64,000 nt of DNA from assembly GCA_041661385.1 (NCBI GenBank), contig JBAZUP010000001.1:704907-768906 (forward strand). Reading direction: 5' to 3'. This DNA comes from Patescibacteria group bacterium. GTDB taxonomy: Bacteria; Patescibacteriota; Patescibacteriia; Magasanikbacterales; GWA2-37-8. The notes beneath the pieces were generated by a model. The model did not search any database, was not told the origin of the DNA, and was given only the letters and a program-made list of their open reading frames with translations. The position numbers and the translations under genes are program-made. Of this stretch, positions 27,115 through 37,109 are shown one piece after another (within the stretch, counting starts at the first letter, position 1; every line of letters starts with the position of its first letter).

Positions 27115-29217
27115 ATGTATTCATTTATGAAAAAAGCTCTATTAACTCTGATTATTGGTTCTGCTGTTACGGCTGGGCTGGGAACGATTTTTTTGGTGGA
27201 GGGTTCTTTTGCCGCGGTTAAAATAATTCGTCCTTCGGCAAGCGCGAGCACCGTCCGCAAATTTATTTCGGCCGCCGATTTTAAAAATTATCTCGTCAAA
27301 GCCAGTCAAAAAAATAGCAATCTTTATGGCGGCGGAGTAATGATGAGAAATTTGGCTTTGCCAACGATGGCTTTAGAAAAAAGTTCAGATTCAGCTTCGG
27401 CAAATATCGGACCAACCGCGCAAACCGGTTCATCAGTCGGATCCGAAACTGCCACCGATCGTTATTCTTCAACTAATGTTCAAGTGTTTGGAATTGACGA
27501 ACCGGATATTGTAAAAACCGATGGAACTAATATCTTTCTTTCCACTCAAAATTGGTATCCGATTTATTATGCCAAACCAATGATGTTTCGAGCGGAAACG
27601 GGCGGTGCTTATCGATACCCAAATTATCAGAGTTCGGTTAATGTTATTAAAGCTAACCCGGTAACCGATTTTAAATTACTACGAAAGATTTCAACGGCCG
27701 GAAATTTATTGCTTGATGGTAAGGTGCTCATGGTTTTTAACGGCAACTCTGTGAAAGGATATGATGTGAATGCGAGCGGAACCGATAAGGAATTATGGAA
27801 AATTGAATATGGTCAGAACGATACTTTGGTTGGCGCAAGACTTTATAATGGAAAGCTTTTTCTAGCTACTAAGCAAAATATAAATTATGGCCGCCCCTGT
27901 CCGTATCAACCCTTTACTGCTGGTACTTCGAAAATCATGATTCCTTGTGGAGTTATTTATCATCCGATATCCCCAGTACCGACCGATATTTTATATACTG
28001 TTTCGTCGTTTAACACCAAAACCGGTACGGTCATTAACAACACCTCTTTCACCGGCTCGAATGATTACTCAATTCTTTATATGTCTCCGAACGCCATGTA
28101 TCTGACATATTTCAGCCCCGGTGACATGGTGCGGTTTACATATAATTTCTTTGCGGCCAATAAGGACCTGGTTCCGGCTGAAACTTTAAGTCGACTTGGA
28201 AAACTTATTAGTTATGATATCAGCGACGGAAGCAAACAAAATGAGATGTCGTACATCATTAATCAATGGCAACAAAATATTGATCAGGATGAACGAATGA
28301 AATTGCAAAATGAATTACAGAATCGCATTTCAAAATATTATCCGCTTCATCTGCGCGAACTTGAAAAAACCAGCATTGTTAAAACTTCTTTAACTGATTT
28401 TAAGGTGCTTGGAGTCGGTACGGTGCCGGGGCGAATCTTAAATCAATTTTCAATGGATGAATATAATTATAATTTACGGGTCGCGGTTACGGTTGGCCAG
28501 AGTTGGTTTTCGGCTGGGGGCATCAACGCTTCGGTAAAAAGCGTAAGTGACGTGTATGTTTTAAGCGAAAACATGGCCACCCTCGGCAGTGTTAAGGATC
28601 TGGGTGAGGGCGAACAGATATATTCAGCCCGGTTTATCGGTGAGCGCGGCTATGTGGTTACCTTTAAACAAACCGATCCGTTTTACGTGCTTGATTTAAG
28701 CAAGCCGAACAGTCCAAAATTAGCAGGAGAACTAAAAGTGCCAGGTTATTCTGGATATCTTGAGCCGATCAGCAATAATATTATCCTTGGAGTCGGTAAA
28801 GAGGATAATAAAGTGAAGCTTGCGCTTTATGATGTGTCGAATGCGAACAACCCTACCGAAGTAAGTAAATATATTTTGGATGAATATTGGTCAGACGCTC
28901 TAAACGACCATCACGCCTTTCTTAAAGACGAAAAACACAATTTGTTCTTTATTCCCGGCAGTCAGGGCGGTTATGTGATGTCTTATTCTGGCAATGGGCT
29001 TTCCATGCTAAAGGCGGTAAGTGAACCTGGAATTCAGCGTGCTTTGTATATAAATGATTTAATGTACATTATCAGCCCGAATCGTATAAGTGCCTGGGAT
29101 GAAAATAGCTGGAACAAAGTAAATGAACTTAATTTAACTGAGGCGATTCCGGAAACAATCATTAATCCACCGGTCATAACACCGATGATGAACGTCTCAC
29201 CCGGAGTAATTAGATAA
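27115..29217 (+). CDS. Secreted beta-propeller domain protein
   Basis: YSSTNVQV.GIDEPDIVKTDG, LNQFSMDE, YSARF, TFKQTDPFYVLDLS, GELKVPGYS.YL. Confidence 0.85.
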   Translation: MYSFMKKALLTLIIGSAVTAGLGTIFLVEGSFAAVKIIRPSASASTVRKFISAADFKNYLVKASQKNSNLYGGGVMMRNLALPTMALEKSSDSASANIGPTAQTGSSVGSETATDRYSSTNVQVFGIDEPDIVKTDGTNIFLSTQNWYPIYYAKPMMFRAETGGAYRYPNYQSSVNVIKANPVTDFKLLRKISTAGNLLLDGKVLMVFNGNSVKGYDVNASGTDKELWKIEYGQNDTLVGARLYNGKLFLATKQNINYGRPCPYQPFTAGTSKIMIPCGVIYHPISPVPTDILYTVSSFNTKTGTVINNTSFTGSNDYSILYMSPNAMYLTYFSPGDMVRFTYNFFAANKDLVPAETLSRLGKLISYDISDGSKQNEMSYIINQWQQNIDQDERMKLQNELQNRISKYYPLHLRELEKTSIVKTSLTDFKVLGVGTVPGRILNQFSMDEYNYNLRVAVTVGQSWFSAGGINASVKSVSDVYVLSENMATLGSVKDLGEGEQIYSARFIGERGYVVTFKQTDPFYVLDLSKPNSPKLAGELKVPGYSGYLEPISNNIILGVGKEDNKVKLALYDVSNANNPTEVSKYILDEYWSDALNDHHAFLKDEKHNLFFIPGSQGGYVMSYSGNGLSMLKAVSEPGIQRALYINDLMYIISPNRISAWDENSWNKVNELNLTEAIPETIINPPVITPMMNVSPGVIR

Positions 29218-29307
29218 AAAAATTATAACCCCCGCTAAAAAAGCGGGGGTTTTTGTATCTGGACATTTTGCCTGATTTGATATAGAGTACCTTATTATTA
29301 AAATAAT

Positions 29308-29916
29308 ATGTTTAATAAAATTCCTTCTCAGACAACAATTCAGAATACTATCGCGGCCTTGCGCAATAACAATATTGAGGCTTTTTTGGTGCAAAATGGC
29401 GAAGAAGCCAAACGTAAATTTTGGGAGATTGTTCCGGAAGGCGCTGAAGTGATGAATATGACTTCGGTCACTTTGGGTTCAATTGGGCTCGATAAAGAGA
29501 TTGAGGGTTCGACTGATATCAAATCAGTAAGAAGTCAGCTTTTGAAAATGGACCGAAAAACTGAAGGATCACAGATGCAGAAATTAGGCGCTGCTCCGGA
29601 TTTTGTTATTGGCAGTGTTCATGCCGTTACCCAAGATGGTCACGTGCTTATCGCATCCAATACCGGCAGTCAATTACCGGCTTATGCATATGGATCTAGC
29701 CGGGTAATTTGGATTGTTGGGGCGCAGAAAATTGTAAAAGACATTGATGCCGGCACGCGCCGAATTTATGAATATGTTTTACCTCTCGAAAGTGAACGGG
29801 CAAAAGTCGCCTATGGTGCTCCGGGCAGCGCAGTTAACAAAATGCTTATCTTTAGCCGCGAGACCCAACCAGGAAGAGTGACGATGATTTTGGTTAATGA
29901 GGTGCTTGGCTATTAA
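29308..29916 (+). CDS. LUD-domain (LutC/YkgG-like) protein
   Basis: SVHAVT.DG, S.TGSQL, VGAQKIV. Confidence 0.8.
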   Translation: MFNKIPSQTTIQNTIAALRNNNIEAFLVQNGEEAKRKFWEIVPEGAEVMNMTSVTLGSIGLDKEIEGSTDIKSVRSQLLKMDRKTEGSQMQKLGAAPDFVIGSVHAVTQDGHVLIASNTGSQLPAYAYGSSRVIWIVGAQKIVKDIDAGTRRIYEYVLPLESERAKVAYGAPGSAVNKMLIFSRETQPGRVTMILVNEVLGY

Positions 29917-29999
29917 GATTAAATAAGATTTTTTAAAAGCCCGCTTAATTTGCGGGTTTTTTGTTTCAATAAATTGTTAAAAATGCTACAATATGATTG

Positions 30000-32495
30000 A
30001 TGTCACGACTTAACTTACAAGGTCTTAGCGAAAAGGAGGCAAAAATTGCCTTGTTTAGATTTGGAAAAAATCAGTTAGTTCAAAAGAAAAAAATTTCTGC
30101 TTGGGTTAGGTATCTTCGTTATTTTAAAAATCCGCTCATTATAATTTTGGTTGTTTGCGCGGTATTATCTACTTTGTTTGGTGAAAGCCGGAGCGCAACG
30201 CTGATTGTGGCCATGATTTTGCTCAGTACACTGCTAAACTATTATCAGGAACAAAAATCCGGCAGTGAAGCGGAAAAACTACAAGAAAAAATTTCGTTAA
30301 TCGCGTCAGTAGTTCGGGGTGGAATAAAAAAAGATATTAGTGCTGAACTTATCGTACCGGGCGATGTTGTTTTTTTGTCAGCCGGAAATATTGTCCCGGC
30401 CGATGGGGGTCTTGTTTCGGCTGAAAGTTTGTTTGTGAATGAGGCGGCTCTCACCGGGGAAAGTTTTCCGGTGGAAAAGGAGGGAAGCGAAGAAAAGGAT
30501 TGTGATAAAAAAAGCTGTTTGGTCCATGCGGGGACTAATGTTGTTTCTGGGTCAGGGTACTTGATTGTCAGGGCAACCGGAAGTAATACTGAGTTTGGGA
30601 AAATCGCTTCTTCAATCGCTGAAGAGTCACCACCGGACGCTTTTGAAAAAGGTATTACAAATTTTGGTTTTCTTATCGTTAAAGCAACGGTTTTCATTGT
30701 GATAACTGTTTTTTTAATTATAGTCTTTAAACCACTTTTAAATCATACTGAGCTTAGCCAAGCTGACCTTGTCCAGTCTTTTTTGTTTGCGCTTGCGATC
30801 GCGGTTGGTCTTACACCGGAACTCTTGCCGATGATCATGAGCCTTAATATGACAAAGGGGTCCCTTCGTATGGCAAAGCACGGTGTGATAGTAAAACGTT
30901 TAAATGCTATTCCAGATTTTGGTAGTATTGATATTTTATGCACGGATAAAACCGGCACTCTTACTGAAGATACTATTACACTGGTTAAATACGTAGATAT
31001 AAAAGGTGCTGAATCCGATTCGGTTTTGCGTTATGCCTATGTAAATAGCGTTCTTCAAACCGGATTAAAAAATCCTCTTGATAATGCAATTTTAAATTTT
31101 AAACATTTATCAGTAAAGAATTTTCACAAGCTTAAAGAAATTCCGTACGATTTTTATCGTAAGCGAATCTCTGTGATTGTTAATCACGAAAATAATCACG
31201 AACTTATAACTAAAGGCCAACCAGAGGAAATAATAAAAATATCCACGCATTTTGAATTAAACGGAGCGGTTCATAAAATTAGCGAAGATTTTTTAAAGGA
31301 CTTTGCAACTCTTTACCGGCAAATGAGCGAGCAGGGTTTTAAAACTCTCGCAGTTGCGAGGCGACATTTTCCGGAAAGAAAACATTCTTATGATAAAAAT
31401 GATGAATGTGAAATGGTTGTTTTAGGTTTTATCGGATTTTTTGATCCTCCAAAACAAACTGCGGCTGAAACTGTAAAAACTCTTTTTGAACATGGAGTAG
31501 AGGTAAAAATTATTACCGGCGATAACGAATGGGTGACAAAAAAGATCTGTACGGAATTAAAAATTGAAATTAAAGGTATTTTGATTGGCGACGAAACATT
31601 AAATATGACTGAAGAAGAGCTTGCGCACCGGGCTGAAAATATCACCATTTTCGCCCGCTTCACTCCCGAGCAGAAGCGCCGCGTTATTGTTGCTTTGCGC
31701 TCACTTCATAAGGTGGTTGGTTATCTTGGAGACGGCATAAATGATGCGCCGTCGCTTAAAGCCGCGGATATTGGAATATCGGTGAGTAATGCCGCCGATG
31801 TTGCCAAGGAAACGGCGGATATTATTCTTAGTCACAAAAGCTTGCATGAGCTCGGGCAGGGTATTATTGAAGGAAGAAAAACATTTGGTAATACTTTGAA
31901 ATATTTAATGATGGGACTTAGTTCAAATTTTGGTAACATGTTCAGCCTTATTGGTGCGGCAATATTTTTACCATTTTTGCCGATTTTGCCTTTTCAAGTT
32001 CTGTTAAACAACTCGCTTTACGATTTGTCGCAAACTACCATTCCATCTGATCATGTCGATGGGGAATATTTAAAAAAACCCAAACACTGGGACGCAAAAT
32101 TTATGCGTAAGTTTATGATCGTGTTCGGGCTCATGAGTTCAATTTTTGATTTCGCTACCTTCTACATGCTATATGGGGTTTTTCATTTGGGAGCCGCTTC
32201 ATTTCATACGGGTTGGTTTATTGAATCGCTTGCAACTCAAACGCTCGTTATTTATATTATTCGGACTCGTAAACTTTTCTTTACTTCGCGGCCGAGCACT
32301 TATTTAATAGTAACAACACTGCTCGTAGTTGGCGCCGGATTTATTTTACCGTACACCTTTATGGGCGCCTATTTCAGCTTTGAACCATTACCGCCTGTGA
32401 TTCTCGGTTCAATAGTTGGACTCGTTACCATGTATTTGGTTTTAGTTGAGGGTGTAAAACATCTTTTTTATCGTTTGGTGCCAACTTCAGATTAA
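30000..32495 (+). CDS. mgtA: Magnesium-translocating P-type ATPase
   Basis: TGES, PELLPMI, DKTGTLT, TGDN, GDGIND, SSNFGN, GWFIESL.TQ. Confidence 0.9.
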   Translation: MSRLNLQGLSEKEAKIALFRFGKNQLVQKKKISAWVRYLRYFKNPLIIILVVCAVLSTLFGESRSATLIVAMILLSTLLNYYQEQKSGSEAEKLQEKISLIASVVRGGIKKDISAELIVPGDVVFLSAGNIVPADGGLVSAESLFVNEAALTGESFPVEKEGSEEKDCDKKSCLVHAGTNVVSGSGYLIVRATGSNTEFGKIASSIAEESPPDAFEKGITNFGFLIVKATVFIVITVFLIIVFKPLLNHTELSQADLVQSFLFALAIAVGLTPELLPMIMSLNMTKGSLRMAKHGVIVKRLNAIPDFGSIDILCTDKTGTLTEDTITLVKYVDIKGAESDSVLRYAYVNSVLQTGLKNPLDNAILNFKHLSVKNFHKLKEIPYDFYRKRISVIVNHENNHELITKGQPEEIIKISTHFELNGAVHKISEDFLKDFATLYRQMSEQGFKTLAVARRHFPERKHSYDKNDECEMVVLGFIGFFDPPKQTAAETVKTLFEHGVEVKIITGDNEWVTKKICTELKIEIKGILIGDETLNMTEEELAHRAENITIFARFTPEQKRRVIVALRSLHKVVGYLGDGINDAPSLKAADIGISVSNAADVAKETADIILSHKSLHELGQGIIEGRKTFGNTLKYLMMGLSSNFGNMFSLIGAAIFLPFLPILPFQVLLNNSLYDLSQTTIPSDHVDGEYLKKPKHWDAKFMRKFMIVFGLMSSIFDFATFYMLYGVFHLGAASFHTGWFIESLATQTLVIYIIRTRKLFFTSRPSTYLIVTTLLVVGAGFILPYTFMGAYFSFEPLPPVILGSIVGLVTMYLVLVEGVKHLFYRLVPTSD

Positions 32496-32506
32496 TAAAG
32501 AGGTCG

Positions 32507-32535
32507 TTGACAAGCAAAGAAAAAAACTGTATAAT
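32507..32535 (+). promoter_or_regulatory. Consensus sigma-70 promoter of the tRNA pair
   Basis: TTGACA-N17-TATAAT. Confidence 0.85.
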
Positions 32536-32584
32536 CTCAACTGTCATTTGTTCGTTTGAAGAGCGATGCTACAGGCGAAGAAGT

Positions 32585-32658
32585 GCGGTAGTAGTTCAGT
32601 TGGCTAGAACGTCTCCTTGCCAAGGAGAAGGTCGCCGGTTCGAATCCGGTCTACCGCT
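32585..32658 (+). tRNA. tRNA-Gly (GCC)
   Basis: GCGGTAG/CTACCGC acceptor, TCTCC-TTGCCAA-GGAGA, GGTTCGAATCC. Confidence 0.95.
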
Positions 32659-32700
32659 CAGAGAAGCTTCATAATATTGAGGCTTCAACAATTCATATAT

Positions 32701-32774
32701 AGCGGGGTAGAGCAGCCCGGCAGCTCGCAGCGCTCATAACGCTGAGGTCGCGGGTTCAAATCCCGCCCCCGCAA
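32701..32774 (+). tRNA. tRNA-Met (CAT), initiator-like
   Basis: A1:A72 mismatch, A11:U24, CAGCG-CTCATAA-CGCTG, GGTTCAAATCC. Confidence 0.9.
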
Positions 32775-32939
32775 CAAATTAAACACAGCCCTATCAAGGG
32801 TTGTGTTTAATTTTGTAGGTCGAGGGATTTGAACGGGAAAGGGAGAAAACGGAAGTTTTCTCCTGCTGAGGAAAGTTCACGAAAACCCGAACGGTTTTCG
32901 TGGGAGCGTAGCGACTCTTATCCCGCCCCCGCAACAAAT
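32775..32939 (+). mobile_element. tRNA-3'-anchored structured element (tRNA-Met copy)
   Basis: 20-bp direct repeat ATCCCGCCCCCGCAACAAAT (32760-32779 and 32920-32939), inverted T-arm copy GGGATTTGAAC, shared core. Confidence 0.7.
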
Positions 32940-32970
32940 AAAAAACCCTCCGCTTGGAGGGTTTTTTATT
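32940..32970. terminator. Bidirectional terminator
   Basis: AAAAAACCCTCC-GCTT-GGAGGGTTTTTT. Confidence 0.8.
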
Positions 32971-33016
32971 AAGTTTAAATTCAATTCTTCGACAGCTCCG
33001 TTTTATAATAATTTTC

Positions 33017-34027
33017 TTACAGATCCCAGAAGGATTGGCAAAGCGCAGCGATAATTGGACCAAGAACAAAACCAGATAGGCCAAAGACGACTACGCCACC
33101 GAGGGTTGAAAATAAAACAATAACAGGGTGCATTTCTAATTCTTTGCCGACAATGAAAGGTCTTAGGATATTATCAATGGTGCTAACTAATAAAATGCCA
33201 ACAGTCAAAATAATAACTCCTTGAGCCATATGGCCAGTTGCGATTTTGATTAAGCCAGCCGGAAACCAAACCAGAAATGTACCAGTAACCGGTATTGCTC
33301 CAAGCGCCGCCATTATTAGACCCCAAATTAATGGTCCGGGCACGCCGGTAACCCAAAATAATAATCCGCCAAGCACACCCTGAATTAATCCGACTATTAC
33401 TGTGCCTTTTATTGCTGAGCTCGCAGCAGCGGTAAATTTATCATAAAGCAGTTGTTCATAGCGATTTCCAAGGGGGAAAATGTACATTAGTTTCTTCAAA
33501 ATTTTGTCTCCATCGCGAAGAAAAAAGAATAGAGAATATAACATCAAAACAAACAAAGCGATAAATTCAAGTGAGTTTTGAGTTAAAGATTTTACTGAAA
33601 CATAGACAAAAGTGACAACACTGCGGCCAATTTCGTCGAGTCGGCCAGATACAGAAGTATCATTAAGACCCATTTTTTGAATTAATTCATTATTATGTAA
33701 GAAATTATTTACATCTTGAATGACGCCGCCAAGCTGATCGGTTTGGCCATAAGAGTTAAAAATATTTACGATTTCTTTAATGAGAAGCGTTACAATGAGC
33801 GAAAGAGGCAAAAGGACCATTACGGTAACAATAACTAAAGTTAAAGCGGCGCTAATGCTCGGGTTAAGCAGTTTGGTAAAGCGCTTAAAAAGCGGGTAAA
33901 AAAGTGAAGCGATAACTGCTGCCCAGAAAATCGGATAAAAAAACGGATTAATAACGTAGAAAAAAAGCAAACTTACCCCGCCAAGTGTGATTAAAAAAAT
34001 GTAATTTCGCGTTTTGTTCATCTCCAT
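33017..34027 (-). CDS. AI-2E family transporter (possibly truncated by a late stop)
   Basis: FFFLRDG, IQG, DN.LRP..VG, HP....S.LGG...FG..G...GP. Confidence 0.85.
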   Translation of the reverse strand: MEMNKTRNYIFLITLGGVSLLFFYVINPFFYPIFWAAVIASLFYPLFKRFTKLLNPSISAALTLVIVTVMVLLPLSLIVTLLIKEIVNIFNSYGQTDQLGGVIQDVNNFLHNNELIQKMGLNDTSVSGRLDEIGRSVVTFVYVSVKSLTQNSLEFIALFVLMLYSLFFFLRDGDKILKKLMYIFPLGNRYEQLLYDKFTAAASSAIKGTVIVGLIQGVLGGLLFWVTGVPGPLIWGLIMAALGAIPVTGTFLVWFPAGLIKIATGHMAQGVIILTVGILLVSTIDNILRPFIVGKELEMHPVIVLFSTLGGVVVFGLSGFVLGPIIAALCQSFWDL

Positions 34028-34071
34028 AAAAATATAGCTAAAGTAAGGTAATAATAGCAAAATCGGGTAAT

Positions 34072-35487
34072 CTACGCAACTTTACTAAAATTAATTATTT
34101 CTTTTAAAGATTGTAATTTAATAATTTTAAATAAAAATATAAGTGCGGTATAAACCAAAATACCAAGCAAGATGGAGGGGATAAGAGGCCAGGAGACGGT
34201 AAAAATTATTGTGCCCATTATAATGCTGGAAAGAAGTATTTTGGCGAGAGTGCCAAATTTTGGCATTATTCCCGAATAAACAACGGCCATAAGAGCAAGA
34301 AAAATACCGGCGTAAATTTCCGAAAATATTGTCACCCAGACTGCTCCCAACCAGCCATATTTTGGGATAAATATCAGATAACCGGTTACGCTAAGTATCG
34401 CGTCAGAGCCATATATCAGCAAAGCTTCTTTTTGGCGATTAATTGCAAGGACCACATGGCCAAAGGTCATGCCAAAGGTCGTGCCAAGAATAGAAATACA
34501 TAACCAGCGGAGCATCGCGCCGGAGCCAGAAAATTCTGAGCCCGCAATAAAATTCATGATTGGACCTGCGAGCACAAATATTCCTGTTACCATTGGAAAA
34601 AGAATTAAAGCGAGCAGGTCAACGCCAATTTGGTAGCGTTTTTTAAATTCATCCAATAGTTTTCTCGACCAGGCAAAAGTTAAGAGCGGCATGACAAGGC
34701 CCATGACAATCGCGGCAATTTGGGTTGTAATGTCTAATACTCGGTAAGCGGCGCCATATAAACCAACTTCTGACTGTGAAACATAAAGAGGCAAAATGAC
34801 ACGATCGGCTTGTAGGTAGAGGGTGTTAAATATAACCGATATGGCAGTCGGCCACATTTTATGGAATATCGCCCGAGAAATTACTTTATCAATTGAAAAT
34901 TTAATTTTACCAAAGTTTTTTATCAAGTAATAAGTACTGCCCAAAGAAGAGAGGGTGATGATTAGCATTAGGGGGATAAAACCGGCCTTGTTTAGAGCCA
35001 GTATCGCAAATCCAATCACGAGAAGCACTCTTCCTATCACTTCGCTCATGGTTGCAATAAACATTGATAATTTTTGGCGATAGAAACCAATAAACACCTG
35101 ATTAATGGTGTTTGCAAAAAAAGATAATGAAGTGACGGCGACGGCAATTTTTATTTCATTTCGATAAGGGAAAAAAAGGAAGATTAGCGGTGCTAAAATA
35201 AAACAAATCGTGGCAGTGATAAATCGCCAAGTAAAAATAGTATTAAAGAGTTGTTCTTTATCGTGTTCGGGTTCGGAGAGTAAATTGGAAGTAGTGACAG
35301 TAAAACCGAAATCAATAAGAATGCCGACAAATTGGAGAAAACCGGTTGCAGTAACATACCAGCCAAATTGTTCGGTTCCTAAATTTCTCGTAAGAATAGC
35401 AACGGCAATAAGGCCAAGAATGGTGCTTACGGCTTTGCCGATAATCTGAACGATGGTATTTTGAGCCAGGGATTTGTTGAGCGTCAT
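34072..35487 (-). CDS. Polysaccharide flippase (Wzx/MOP family)
   Basis: About 12-14 TMs; R.LG...FG.Y, DFG, VGLYGAAYR. Confidence 0.85.
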   Translation of the reverse strand: MTLNKSLAQNTIVQIIGKAVSTILGLIAVAILTRNLGTEQFGWYVTATGFLQFVGILIDFGFTVTTSNLLSEPEHDKEQLFNTIFTWRFITATICFILAPLIFLFFPYRNEIKIAVAVTSLSFFANTINQVFIGFYRQKLSMFIATMSEVIGRVLLVIGFAILALNKAGFIPLMLIITLSSLGSTYYLIKNFGKIKFSIDKVISRAIFHKMWPTAISVIFNTLYLQADRVILPLYVSQSEVGLYGAAYRVLDITTQIAAIVMGLVMPLLTFAWSRKLLDEFKKRYQIGVDLLALILFPMVTGIFVLAGPIMNFIAGSEFSGSGAMLRWLCISILGTTFGMTFGHVVLAINRQKEALLIYGSDAILSVTGYLIFIPKYGWLGAVWVTIFSEIYAGIFLALMAVVYSGIMPKFGTLAKILLSSIIMGTIIFTVSWPLIPSILLGILVYTALIFLFKIIKLQSLKEIINFSKVA

Positions 35488-35613
35488 ACGGAAGTCAGTA
35501 TAACACAATAAAAGCCTGATAAAAAGTTTGATAGAGAGAAGGATATTTCTACAGTTCGCAAATATTTGTGAAGTCTAGAAATGGCTCTATACGTAGTATA
35601 GAGCCGCCTCCTA

Positions 35614-35952
35614 CTAGCTTTTCATCTTAATTAGCCTGCCAATCTGGACTCGTTTGAACCAAAAGACGCGTTTGCCTTGTCCTTCGAATTGGGCGATGAT
35701 CCGGATTGGATATTTTATTTTCAGACTGATGTACTCAGTCAGCCAATCTTTGATGATTTCACTTTCGGTGTCATTTTCACCGATCGTGATTCCGAATTCA
35801 TCGTTCCAGCTCACAGTGCCGTCTGAACCAGCGACGCTGGTATCGGGCATTTGCCGGATTTTGAAATCGTGAGAGGAAAAATTTTTGGCAAGTTTTTCAC
35901 GCAACCTTGCTTTTAGCGGGTCGATTGCAGAAGTGGCTTTCTTTTTGCCCAT
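35614..35952 (-). CDS. Hypothetical protein (stand-alone ORFan)
   Basis: GGAGG SD, TTGACT-N17-TAGGGT promoter-like site, downstream hairpin. Confidence 0.6.
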   Translation of the reverse strand: MGKKKATSAIDPLKARLREKLAKNFSSHDFKIRQMPDTSVAGSDGTVSWNDEFGITIGENDTESEIIKDWLTEYISLKIKYPIRIIAQFEGQGKRVFWFKRVQIGRLIKMKS

Positions 35953-36062
35953 GGCTTCCTCCGTGGAAAATGAACTAAGTTTACCCTAGTAGAAAATACG
36001 CAAAAAGTCAATGGTTAGAGGTTGCTGAAGCCGTTAAAAAATGGTAAGATTAAACATGTAAT

Positions 36063-37085
36063 ATGTTTAAAATTTTTGAGGGAAAATTGATAATTTTTTC
36101 TTTTTTTATTGCCATTTTTGGTTTATTTGTTTTTAGCTTAGCTGCGCAGGCTCAGGTTACTGATGTTGTTTCTTCAACAATTGCAACCACAACCACGGAG
36201 GAAGCCACCTCGTCACCCTGGGATGAAGCTCCGGCAGTTGTTGAACCGACCATCAGGGTAGGAATTTATAAAACCGATAAAAAGGTTTTATTCATGTCGC
36301 CTTATTCATATGAGGTGATTTCCAATGAACAAAGTTTGGGGTTAGTTGAAGAAGGAAAGCTTGTTACCCTTTCTTATGATAATGGAGTTTATAGCATTGT
36401 TACGGATTCGTTTAGTACAACTAGTATTTATTTTATAAGATTAATTTCGCATGATGCGGACAGCTATTTTTCAATTATGAACCTGGATCGGCATTTGATT
36501 GGTCGAAGTCAATTGAATTTTGCCACTTTTCGCGGTGATCTTGAATATCGATATGCTCCTAAAAGCGAAATACCATATGTGATAAATGAATTATTACTCG
36601 AAAACTATGTTGCCGGTATAGCTGAAACTTCTAATGGCGCCCCGGATGAATATATAAAGGCTCTCCAAATTGCTGCCCGGACTTATGCCTACATGAATAT
36701 TGGACCAGCACCGAGTGAAAAACGAATGTTTGATGTTTACGCAAGCACAGTAGACCAGCTCTATCTTGGTTATAATTTTGAGCAATTCAGCCCGCGCATC
36801 GCTTTGTTTACGGCGGCAACAAGAGGTCAGATGGTAACATACAGAGATAAGCCGGTTACAACTTATTATTACAGCCGTTCAAATGGAAAAACAAAAACAA
36901 AACCAGGTGTGCCTTGGCTAAAAAGTGTGGCTTGCAAGTATGACAAAGGTTGGCGACAGCTTGGTCACGGCTACGGCATGAGTAATCGTGATGCGGCCGC
37001 GAGAGCAAGGATAGATAAGTGGAAATATGAAAAAATACTGAATTATTATTATTCAGGAACAAAGGTTCAAAAATTATATGAATAA
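36063..37085 (+). CDS. SpoIID/LytB-domain protein
   Basis: INEL.LE.YV.G..E, KA...AARTY, DQLY.G, GHG.GMS, IL.YYY.G. Confidence 0.85.
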   Translation: MFKIFEGKLIIFSFFIAIFGLFVFSLAAQAQVTDVVSSTIATTTTEEATSSPWDEAPAVVEPTIRVGIYKTDKKVLFMSPYSYEVISNEQSLGLVEEGKLVTLSYDNGVYSIVTDSFSTTSIYFIRLISHDADSYFSIMNLDRHLIGRSQLNFATFRGDLEYRYAPKSEIPYVINELLLENYVAGIAETSNGAPDEYIKALQIAARTYAYMNIGPAPSEKRMFDVYASTVDQLYLGYNFEQFSPRIALFTAATRGQMVTYRDKPVTTYYYSRSNGKTKTKPGVPWLKSVACKYDKGWRQLGHGYGMSNRDAAARARIDKWKYEKILNYYYSGTKVQKLYE

Positions 37086-37109
37086 ACCCGGCCGATTGGC
37101 CGGGTTTAT

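Noticed and set aside
32760-32939. Prophage or genomic island at tRNA-Met
   Set aside because: The att-like repeats are only 160 bp apart with no integrase or cargo; reported as a mini-element instead
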